Shown one piece after another: positions 56,535 to 64,000 of a DNA stretch of 64,000 nt (its first letter is position 1; every line of letters starts with the position of its first letter). The stretch covers positions 54,110 through 118,109 of the forward strand of contig DWZA01000109.1 of assembly GCA_019118365.1 (NCBI GenBank). Direction: 5' to 3'. This DNA is from Candidatus Lachnoclostridium stercoravium (GTDB lineage: Bacteria > Bacillota > Clostridia > Lachnospirales > Lachnospiraceae). The notes under the pieces are model-generated. The model had not been told where the DNA came from. It was given only the letters and a program-made list of their open reading frames with translations, and made no database searches. The translations under genes were made by a program, and so were the position numbers.

Positions 56535-58280
56535 ATGGAGAATGTTACAGTTAAAATCAACGGCTTAGAAGTCAGCGCTCCTGCCGGCTCCACCATTCTG
56601 GAGGCTGCCAGGCTCGCAGGCGTTGAGATACCTACTTTATGTTATTTAAAGGAGATCAATGAGATCGGCGCATGCCGTATGTGTATCGTTGAAGTAAAGG
56701 GAGCCAGAGGGCTTGTGGCCTCCTGCGTATATCCTGTAAGCGACGGCATGGAAGTATGGACCAACACGCCAAAGATCATCGAATCCAGAAAAAAGACCCT
56801 TCAGCTGCTCCTTTCCAACCATGACAGGAAATGTCTTTCCTGCGTCCGCAGCGGCAACTGCGAGCTGCAGAAGCTGTGTAAGGAACTGGGCGTGGAGGAT
56901 GAAGATTATTACGACGGCGAGCGCACCCCGTCCGAGATCGACGACAGCGCCGCCCACATGATCCGCGACAACAGTAAATGTATCCTCTGCCGCCGCTGCA
57001 GCGCAGTCTGTGAGAAGGTACAGGGGATCGGCGTGATCGGACCGAACAAGAGAGGTTTCGCTACATTTATCGGCTCTGCTTTCGACATGGGACTTGGCGA
57101 GACAAGCTGCGTTTCCTGCGGCCAGTGTATCGCAGTATGTCCTACCGGCGCTCTGTCTGAGAAAGACTGCACTGACGATGTTCTGGCAGCGATCGCGGAT
57201 CCGTCCAAGCATGTGATCGTACAGACCGCTCCTTCTGTCCGCGCCGCTTTAGGCGAAGAATTCGGCTATCCTATCGGAACCAACGTAGAAGGCAAGATGG
57301 TAGCTGCTTTAAGGCGCATCGGCTTTGATAAAGTATTCGACACAGATTTCGCGGCTGACTTGACGATCATGGAGGAAGCCCACGAATTCCTGGAAAGAGT
57401 AAAGAACGGCGGCGTGCTGCCTCTGATCACTTCCTGCTCCCCAGGATGGATCAAATACTGCGAGCACTACTTCCCGGATATGACAGAGAACCTGTCTTCC
57501 TGCAAGTCTCCGCAGCAGATGTTCGGCGCCATCGCCAAATCCTACTATGCGGAAAAAGCCGGTATCGACGCAAAGGATATCGTATCCGTCAGCGTTATGC
57601 CATGTACTGCCAAAAAGTTTGAGATCGGCCGTGACGACCAGGCTGCCAACGGCGTTCCGGACGTAGATTACGCTATGACTACAAGGGAACTGGCCCGCCT
57701 GATCCGCAAGTGCGGCTTAAAGTTCAATCTGCTGCCAGATGAAGAATTCGATGCTCCTTTAGGTTTAAGTACCGGAGCCGCCACCATCTTCGGAGCTACC
57801 GGCGGCGTTATGGAAGCAGCCCTGCGTACTGCTGTTGAGACTCTTACCGGCGAGGAGCTGGAGAGCGTAGATTTTAAAGAAGTCCGCGGCACAGCAGGCA
57901 TCAAGGAAGCCACCTACCACGTTGCCGGAATGGATGTAAACGTAGCCGTTGCATCAGGCCTTGGCAATGCAAGAGAGCTTCTTAACCGCGTTAAATCCGG
58001 CGAAGCGAATTATCACTTCATCGAGATCATGGGCTGTCCAGGAGGCTGCGTAAATGGCGGCGGCCAGCCGCAGCAGCCGGGATATGTGCGCAATACCACA
58101 GATATCCGCGCTCTGAGAGCCAAAGTTCTTTATGACGACGACGCGGCAGACAAGATCCGCAAGTCCCATGAGAACCCGGCGATCAAAGAACTGTACGCCA
58201 CATATCTGGGCGAACCGGGAAGCGAGAAGGCGCACCACCTGCTCCATACCACATATGTAAAGAGAAAGATCAACGGATAA
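56535..58280 (+). CDS. hydA: [FeFe]-hydrogenase catalytic subunit (group A3-type)
   Basis: H-cluster motifs TSCSPGW, MPCTAKKFE, EIMGCPGGCVNGGGQP; N-terminal 2Fe-2S, His-ligated and 2x[4Fe-4S] clusters. Confidence 0.95.
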   Translation: MENVTVKINGLEVSAPAGSTILEAARLAGVEIPTLCYLKEINEIGACRMCIVEVKGARGLVASCVYPVSDGMEVWTNTPKIIESRKKTLQLLLSNHDRKCLSCVRSGNCELQKLCKELGVEDEDYYDGERTPSEIDDSAAHMIRDNSKCILCRRCSAVCEKVQGIGVIGPNKRGFATFIGSAFDMGLGETSCVSCGQCIAVCPTGALSEKDCTDDVLAAIADPSKHVIVQTAPSVRAALGEEFGYPIGTNVEGKMVAALRRIGFDKVFDTDFAADLTIMEEAHEFLERVKNGGVLPLITSCSPGWIKYCEHYFPDMTENLSSCKSPQQMFGAIAKSYYAEKAGIDAKDIVSVSVMPCTAKKFEIGRDDQAANGVPDVDYAMTTRELARLIRKCGLKFNLLPDEEFDAPLGLSTGAATIFGATGGVMEAALRTAVETLTGEELESVDFKEVRGTAGIKEATYHVAGMDVNVAVASGLGNARELLNRVKSGEANYHFIEIMGCPGGCVNGGGQPQQPGYVRNTTDIRALRAKVLYDDDAADKIRKSHENPAIKELYATYLGEPGSEKAHHLLHTTYVKRKING

Positions 58281-58292
58281 ACCATATTAAAT

Positions 58293-58321
58293 GGGGCCAT
58301 CGCACTAAGTGCGATGGCCCC
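58293..58321. terminator. Hairpin terminator after hydA
   Basis: GGGGCCATCGCAC-TAA-GTGCGATGGCCCC between convergent operons. Confidence 0.85.
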
Positions 58322-58378
58322 TCTTATCTTTTACTCATTAAATACTGTATTTCTTTCCTATACTCTGGTTGTTTTAAA

Positions 58379-59878
58379 TCATGCCGCCTGTCCGGCTTTT
58401 TTCTTCCTGCTTTCTTTCAGCTCGCTCCGGATGGATAAAAGCACCATGACCGCCGTCAGTATGAAAAATACCAGAGCGATGGGGGAAGCCAGGATCGGTC
58501 CCATGGAGCCTTCGCTCCTCATAAGGGATCGTCTGACATTTTCCTCCAGGAGGGGAGCCAGGATGAATCCGACTACCATAGGCGCCAGGGGATATTTATA
58601 CTTCTTCAGTACATATCCGATCAGTCCGAAGATGACCATAACAAGGATGTCAAATACCCGGTTGTTTGCGGAGAAGGAACCGACGAAGCAGCAGGCGATG
58701 ACTACCGGAAGGAGGTAGGAGCCTGGTATGCTGAGGACTCTCGCGAACAGGGACAGTCCCATAAATTCCGATACCATCATCACCAGGTTGGCGATCATAA
58801 AGGCTGCAAACAGGGTGTATACCAGATCCGCGCTTGTCTTAAAAAGTAATGGTCCAGGCGTAATGCTGTGGATCTGGAAACCAGCCAGGATCATGGATGT
58901 GGCGTTGTCTCCAGGAATGCCCAGAGTCAGCAGTACGATCAGCGCGCCGCCGATAGTGGCGTTATTGGCTGTTTCCGAAGCTACGACTCCATCCAGGATA
59001 CCTGTGCCGAATTTTTCCGGATATTTGGAACGTTTCTTGCAGAATGCGTAAGCCATAAGGTTTGATACGTTTCCGCCGATACCTGGAAGTATGCCGATCA
59101 CCAGTCCGATGACTGCCGCCGGTACGGCGTTTCTCAGCTGATAGACAAATTCCTTCAGGGACAGGCCCATTCCTTTGATCTTTGTATACGGCACTTTCTG
59201 CGTCGCCGACGCTCCCTTTTCCGCTGTTTCGATGATCTGCGATACGGCGAAGGTTCCGATCAGAAGAGGCACCAGATTGAATCCTGCGGAAAGCTCCTGG
59301 ATCCCGCCGGTATATCTCATATAAGAGCTCAGCCGGTCAATGCCTACGAAGGAAAGAGCGATCCCCAGGCAGCATGACAGCAGGCCTTTGTTGATATTTC
59401 CCGCCGACAGGCCGGAAACTGTAGTCAGGGCGAACAGGATCACTGCAAAATACTCGTAAGGTCCGAATTTCAAAGCCACCCCTGCGATCACCGGTCCCAG
59501 ATAAGTGAGCACCAGCGCTCCGAAAGTCCCGCCGACAAAGGAGAACAGGATCGCAGTGCCGAGGGCTTTGCCCGCCTCGCCATTTCTAGCCATTGGATAT
59601 CCGTCAAAACATGTGGCGATGGAGGACGGCGTGCCTGGGATCCCCAGCAGCACGGCTGAGATCAGGCCGCCGGAAAGACCGCCTACGTAAATGGCGATCA
59701 GGAAGGAAATTCCGTTCACTGGTTCCATGGTAAATGTCATTGGAAGGAACAGCGCCAGCGCTGTAAATGCCGAAAGGCCTGGGATCGCGCCGAACACGAT
59801 CCCCCCGACTACGCCTCCTACGATCAACGCCAGCGTGACCGGGTCAAATACGGATATAAATCCCTGGATCAATTGCAT
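58379..59878 (-). CDS. tctA: Tripartite tricarboxylate transporter TctA
   Basis: IPGTPSSIATCFDGYPMA, SETANNA, LGIPGD. Confidence 0.95.
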   Translation of the reverse strand: MQLIQGFISVFDPVTLALIVGGVVGGIVFGAIPGLSAFTALALFLPMTFTMEPVNGISFLIAIYVGGLSGGLISAVLLGIPGTPSSIATCFDGYPMARNGEAGKALGTAILFSFVGGTFGALVLTYLGPVIAGVALKFGPYEYFAVILFALTTVSGLSAGNINKGLLSCCLGIALSFVGIDRLSSYMRYTGGIQELSAGFNLVPLLIGTFAVSQIIETAEKGASATQKVPYTKIKGMGLSLKEFVYQLRNAVPAAVIGLVIGILPGIGGNVSNLMAYAFCKKRSKYPEKFGTGILDGVVASETANNATIGGALIVLLTLGIPGDNATSMILAGFQIHSITPGPLLFKTSADLVYTLFAAFMIANLVMMVSEFMGLSLFARVLSIPGSYLLPVVIACCFVGSFSANNRVFDILVMVIFGLIGYVLKKYKYPLAPMVVGFILAPLLEENVRRSLMRSEGSMGPILASPIALVFFILTAVMVLLSIRSELKESRKKKAGQAA

Positions 59879-59890
59879 GCTGTCCCCTCC

Positions 59891-60388
59891 TTAACCTAAG
59901 ATTCCTGTTGGCAGGAATATACTGAATGCATAGTAAAATAAGTAATAGATAAATACCGGCGTCAGGACGGAAACAAGCCCTGTCACCACAAGGGTCTTCT
60001 TGCTTTTTAAAGCTTCCTTTGACAGAAGCAGGCTGATCTGGCAGAACAGATATAGGGCTGTCATTATGATAAAGCCTATCGCGTCTACAAGGACCGCATA
60101 GAGGAACAGGATCGCCAGGGTAGCCACCGCGTTTATGGCAAGCTTTTCTGTCTTTCCTTCTTTTTCTCCCTCTGCTTCTGCTTTTTCCTCATCCGGCGTT
60201 TTCTTCCATGCCATCGCGATCTGCACGACAGCCAGGATCGCTGTGAAAATGGCGATCGTCCGCGGGAAAAACTGGGGTCCCATAACGTCCGCCGTAGTGA
60301 GGACGATGGAGAACGATCCCGCGTACAGCGCTATGGCAAAAACCAGGAAAAATATCCCGGAAGCTATGTTCTTTTTCCGTTCGCTCAT
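59891..60388 (-). CDS. tctB: Tripartite tricarboxylate transporter TctB
   Basis: MGPQFFPR, IGFIIMT, FSIFLPTG. Confidence 0.88.
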   Translation of the reverse strand: MSERKKNIASGIFFLVFAIALYAGSFSIVLTTADVMGPQFFPRTIAIFTAILAVVQIAMAWKKTPDEEKAEAEGEKEGKTEKLAINAVATLAILFLYAVLVDAIGFIIMTALYLFCQISLLLSKEALKSKKTLVVTGLVSVLTPVFIYYLFYYAFSIFLPTGILG

Positions 60389-60405
60389 TTTTTACTCCCT
60401 CATTT

Positions 60406-61473
60406 CTATTTTGTCCCTGATGCTAAGAATTCTTCTGTGTAAGGAACAAGGGTATCCTCATAAAACTGATTTGCATACTCCTGAGCCTCTTCCTTCGCAA
60501 TGTAGTCCACAGTCAGATAATTGGCCTCCATTGTAGCGATAAATTCCGGATCCTGGGTCACTTTCTCTAAGCCGTCGGAAAGGATGTCCACGATCTCGTC
60601 CGGAGTGTCAGGATGTACTCCCAGCCAGAACCATTTGCTGCAGTCGATATCTTTCAGGCCGTATTCCGAAGGCATAGGCACGTCTGGAAGGAGCTCGTTC
60701 TTCTCTGCTCCCAGCAGGCACAGAGCCTGGAATTCTCCAGTTGCAAAGTAGTCTTTTGCCAGAGCGTAAGCCAGCACGGCTGTATCTGTCTGCTGTCCTA
60801 AAAGGGCCGTCATCTTCGCCGAGTTATTTCCAACGTCCATCATCTTAAATTCCGCGCCCCACTCTTTGTTCATGGCGATGCCGTAGATCTGGTTGGCTGC
60901 GCCGATCTTCATGGCATATTCGATGGTGTTGGGGGCTGCTTTCGTCTTCTCCACAACGTCCGCGATGCTCTCGTAGCCGGAAGCTGAATTGGCCACAAGC
61001 ACCGTCGTATTGTCAAACAGCGGGATTCCTACGGTCTTGAAGCTGTCAATGCATACGTCTGTGGTTCCCATCATTTTCGGTATGTAGGCGTCCAGTCCGT
61101 TGATCACCATGGTATATCCGTCCGGTTCGCCGTCAAGCACCTGCTGCATGCCTAAGATCGTCGCTCCGCCGTCCACATTGGTAACGATCACGTTCACACC
61201 CAGATATTTGGATAAATACTGGGCGATTACTCTTGTATTGTAATCCGTATCGCCTCCGGCCTTTACCGGGCAGATGATCTGGATCGGTTTTTTCGGGAAA
61301 TCCGCGTTTCCTACAGTCTCCGTTTCGCCTGCGTCCTCTCCTGTCCCCTGGCTTTCTGTGCTCTGAGCCGCTTCCTTTGCCGTAGTCTCAGCCGGCTCCG
61401 CCTTCTTCTGGCACCCCGCTGCTGCTATCATCACTGCTGCCGTACATAAAAGTATTGCTGTCCTCTTCTTCAT
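60406..61473 (-). CDS. tctC: TctC/Bug family substrate-binding lipoprotein
   Basis: Lipobox AAGC; CPVKAGGDTDYNTR, NVDGG. Confidence 0.92.
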   Translation of the reverse strand: MKKRTAILLCTAAVMIAAAGCQKKAEPAETTAKEAAQSTESQGTGEDAGETETVGNADFPKKPIQIICPVKAGGDTDYNTRVIAQYLSKYLGVNVIVTNVDGGATILGMQQVLDGEPDGYTMVINGLDAYIPKMMGTTDVCIDSFKTVGIPLFDNTTVLVANSASGYESIADVVEKTKAAPNTIEYAMKIGAANQIYGIAMNKEWGAEFKMMDVGNNSAKMTALLGQQTDTAVLAYALAKDYFATGEFQALCLLGAEKNELLPDVPMPSEYGLKDIDCSKWFWLGVHPDTPDEIVDILSDGLEKVTQDPEFIATMEANYLTVDYIAKEEAQEYANQFYEDTLVPYTEEFLASGTK

Positions 61474-61496
61474 GTTTCTCCTTCTCCTTTCCTTTT

Positions 61497-62291
61497 TTAC
61501 CTCTGCGGATATGACTCGCGGAACTTGTTGACCTGGTCTAAAGCGATCTTTCCAAGAGTTGTGGTATCAGACATCATGACTACCAGGCTGTAGCCTTTCT
61601 CATACAGCTTTTTCGCCTGTTCGAAGTCTCCTGCTACTGTAGCAAGAAATTTGTCCGATGGCAAGACTGCTTCTTCTACTTTCCGGATCGCCTCCTGCAC
61701 TTCCTCTGCCTGAGGATTACAGAAATAGCCGAAAGAAGTGGCAAGGTCCATAGGGCCGATGAAAATGCCGTCCAGTCCGTTGGTCTGTACGATCTCTTCA
61801 ATATTGTCCACGGCTGTCTTTGTCTCTACGGCGATCATAACGTCGATCTGCTCGTTGGCATATTCCAGATAATTTCTCTTGTCCATTCCATAGCCGCCTG
61901 CGCGGGGGCTTGGAGCGATCCCCCGGATCCCCTCCAGCGGATATTTGCACGCGCTTACCGCCTGCCTTGCTTCCTGCGCAGTGTTAACATATGGTATCAA
62001 CAATCCGTTTAAACCTGTGTCCAGCATTTTCTTGATCGTTACAAAATCATTCCAGGGCGCCCTGGCAAAAGGCACCACGTCATATCTGGCGATGGCCTGA
62101 AGCTGGCTGATCAGCTGCATGATATCTCCCGGTCCATGCTCCATATCTACCATCAGCACGTCGAAGCCTGCCTTCGCCATGATCTCCGCTGTCACAGGGC
62201 TGGCTGACTGAAGCCATCCGGCGCAGAGCTTTTTCTTTTCTGCCAGAAGCTTTTTTGCCCTGTTGTGAAAAATTTCGTCTCTCCTTAACAT
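61497..62291 (-). CDS. HpcH/HpaI aldolase family (2-keto-3-deoxyglucarate aldolase GarL-like)
   Basis: VDMEHGP, ARAPW, KYPLEGIRG, AVET, IFIGPMDL. Confidence 0.9.
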   Translation of the reverse strand: MLRRDEIFHNRAKKLLAEKKKLCAGWLQSASPVTAEIMAKAGFDVLMVDMEHGPGDIMQLISQLQAIARYDVVPFARAPWNDFVTIKKMLDTGLNGLLIPYVNTAQEARQAVSACKYPLEGIRGIAPSPRAGGYGMDKRNYLEYANEQIDVMIAVETKTAVDNIEEIVQTNGLDGIFIGPMDLATSFGYFCNPQAEEVQEAIRKVEEAVLPSDKFLATVAGDFEQAKKLYEKGYSLVVMMSDTTTLGKIALDQVNKFRESYPQR

Positions 62292-62336
62292 ATTCGAAAC
62301 CTCCTGAATACTTTGTCTCTCTTCACCTTTTTATAA

Positions 62337-62352
62337 AGCAATCTCTGTGCCA
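62337..62352 (-). promoter_or_regulatory. Sigma54 -24/-12 promoter
   Basis: Minus strand reads TGGCAC-AGAGA-TTGCT, an exact consensus, about 45 bp upstream of the aldolase start. Confidence 0.9.
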
Positions 62353-62472
62353 GGTCGTTTTTTGCACATTTTCCGTTGTTTTTATTGATTTAGAGCCGCC
62401 ATTTGTAATATAATGTTTAAACAAAACGTTTTTGAAACAATCTGATCTTAAATAAAGTAAAGGAGAGCTGCC

Positions 62473-64000
62473 ATGATACGGATCGCCCTTGTCGTCCCCC
62501 ACAAAGATTTTATCCCCAACGCCGCAACGATCCTGGAACAGCATAACAAGATGTATGCTGCCAGCGACTCGGAACAATATGTAATGGAAGAGGTCATCGT
62601 CAACAGCCGCAACTCTGACGACGTCCATATAAAGGCGGATATCGTGCTTACCCGCGGCCTTTTAGCGGAGATCCTGGCGAAACTTTCCGCCGATATCCCG
62701 GTAGTGGAGATCTCCGTGCCGACTGCGGATATCTTAAGGACCATCCGCTCCTGCATCCAGCTGTATGATCCTGCCCAGATCGGCATTATCGCCGCAGGGA
62801 ACATGCTGGCAGGCATCTCCGGACTTTCCGACCTTTGCGAAGCGCCTATCAAAACCTACGTGCTCTCCCCTAACTGGAACAACGAAGCGCTGGTAGACCA
62901 GGCTGTATCGGAAGGCTGTGATGTGATCATCGGCGGCGTCAACACCTGCCGCTATGCGGAAATGATCCACATCCCCAATATGATCATCCAGACCAGCCGG
63001 GAAGCTTTCTGGAACGCCCTCACCACCGCGAAGCGCACCTGCATGATCTACCGGCGGGAACAGGAAAAATCCCTGCACATGCAGTCCATCCTGGATATTT
63101 CCCATGACGGGATCATTTTTATCGATGCTTCCCGCAGGATCACCACGCTGAACTTAAAGGCCCAGACTATTTTGCGGATCGACGGAAATTACCTGGGAAA
63201 GCGGATCTCCGACTTTCTCCTGCCTGTAGAGCTGAAGCATATTTTCTCCGACAACAAGGAGTATTCCGACGAGCCTTTTACCATTAACGGCTACACCTTA
63301 AGCATCAGCAAGACGTTTATCAAAACGAAGGCATTTATATCCGGCGCCATCATCAATCTCCAGATCGTTTCCGACAGTCACGGAACCGACGACTCGTCCA
63401 AAAAATCTTCGTCCGGCAGCGGTTTTATCGCGAAACTTCATTTTGACGATATCATCTGGAAGTCTCCTGCCATGGCCCAGACCATACATACCGCCCAGCG
63501 CTACAGCCTGACGGAAGCCAATATCCTGCTGATCGGGGAAAGCGGGACTGGAAAGGAAATATTTGCCCAGAGCATCCACAACGCCAGCCTTCGAAAGAAC
63601 GGCCCCTTTGTGGCTGTGAACTGCGCCGCTATCCCGGACAACCTTCTGGAAAGCGAACTTTTAGGCTATGAATCCGGTTCCTTTACCGGCGCAAAAAAGT
63701 CCGGAAAACCCGGACTTTTCGAACTGGCCCATCACGGCACTATATTTTTAGATGAGATCGGGGAGATCCCCCTTGCCCTGCAGGCGAAGCTCCTTCGAGT
63801 GATCCAGGAAAAGGAGATCATACGCATCGGGGCCAGCAATGTGATACAGGTAGACGTGCGGATCGTCGCCGCCACCAACAAGAACCTGGAAAAGCTGGTG
63901 GACGAGGGGCGTTTCCGGGAAGACCTGTTTTACCGGCTGGACGTGCTGCGGATCTCCATTCCGCCTCTGCGCCAGCGAAAGGAAGATATTCCCCTGCTCG
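62473..64000 (+). CDS. PrpR-like sigma54-interacting activator (PrpR_N + PAS-like + AAA), 3' end outside window
   Basis: Not in ORF track. Manual translation MIRIALVV...DIVLTRG...IPVVEI; [33 protein letters not shown]. Confidence 0.93.
   Translation, partial: MIRIALVVPHKDFIPNAATILEQHNKMYAASDSEQYVMEEVIVNSRNSDDVHIKADIVLTRGLLAEILAKLSADIPVVEISVPTADILRTIRSCIQLYDPAQIGIIAAGNMLAGISGLSDLCEAPIKTYVLSPNWNNEALVDQAVSEGCDVIIGGVNTCRYAEMIHIPNMIIQTSREAFWNALTTAKRTCMIYRREQEKSLHMQSILDISHDGIIFIDASRRITTLNLKAQTILRIDGNYLGKRISDFLLPVELKHIFSDNKEYSDEPFTINGYTLSISKTFIKTKAFISGAIINLQIVSDSHGTDDSSKKSSSGSGFIAKLHFDDIIWKSPAMAQTIHTAQRYSLTEANILLIGESGTGKEIFAQSIHNASLRKNGPFVAVNCAAIPDNLLESELLGYESGSFTGAKKSGKPGLFELAHHGTIFLDEIGEIPLALQAKLLRVIQEKEIIRIGASNVIQVDVRIVAATNKNLEKLVDEGRFREDLFYRLDVLRISIPPLRQRKEDIPLL

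Noticed and set aside
57420-57460. TSCSPGW instead of TSCCPxW in HydA
   Set aside because: From recollection this variant is common in clostridial bifurcating hydrogenases; I did not treat it as novel.
1-64000. Many opposite-strand and alternative-frame ORFs (e.g. 16986..18086+, 45252..46193+)
   Set aside because: These are shadows of well-supported genes, with no RBS or family motifs.
1-64000. tRNA, rRNA, riboswitch, integrase, transposase or prophage genes
   Set aside because: None recognisable by eye. A covariance-model scan would be needed to exclude small RNAs.

Overview
A 64-kb chromosomal segment from a Clostridia-class anaerobe; gene content and RBS style suggest a gut Lachnospiraceae. 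Housekeeping genes are rlmH (partial), an OmpR-type regulator, comEA, folD, argG, uppP, ung, hisFH and an RlmI-type methyltransferase. Accessory blocks: (i) a decayed patch at 5.8-10.6 kb with an MNT antitoxin whose HEPN partner is truncated, a 52-bp-period palindromic array, a macrodomain gene and a doubly deleted AAA-ATPase pseudogene; (ii) an 11-gene DeoR-linked catabolic operon of unknown substrate at 10.8-21.6 kb (ureidoglycolate-lyase-like, PfkB, eIF2B-like, BtpA/SgcQ, DUF3830, DAACS, M20, MFS, MlrC, M28, GATase1-like); (iii) a sugar-acid (glucarate/galactarate-type) region with three tripartite tricarboxylate transporters, gudD, garD, glycerate kinase, two HpcH aldolases and two LarA-family proteins; (iv) a bifurcating [FeFe]-hydrogenase operon with a divergent sensory/kinase/phosphatase cluster; (v) a lone AlbA_2/Schlafen-domain gene. 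Non-coding structure includes a dispersed GTTCAGCC...GGCTGAAC REP/MITE-like family, which supplies the same C-terminus to two unrelated proteins, and an unexplained A-B-A hairpin repeat at 29.8-29.9 kb. I recognised no rRNA, tRNA, cas genes or transposase. All family calls come from motif recognition by eye, not database searches.
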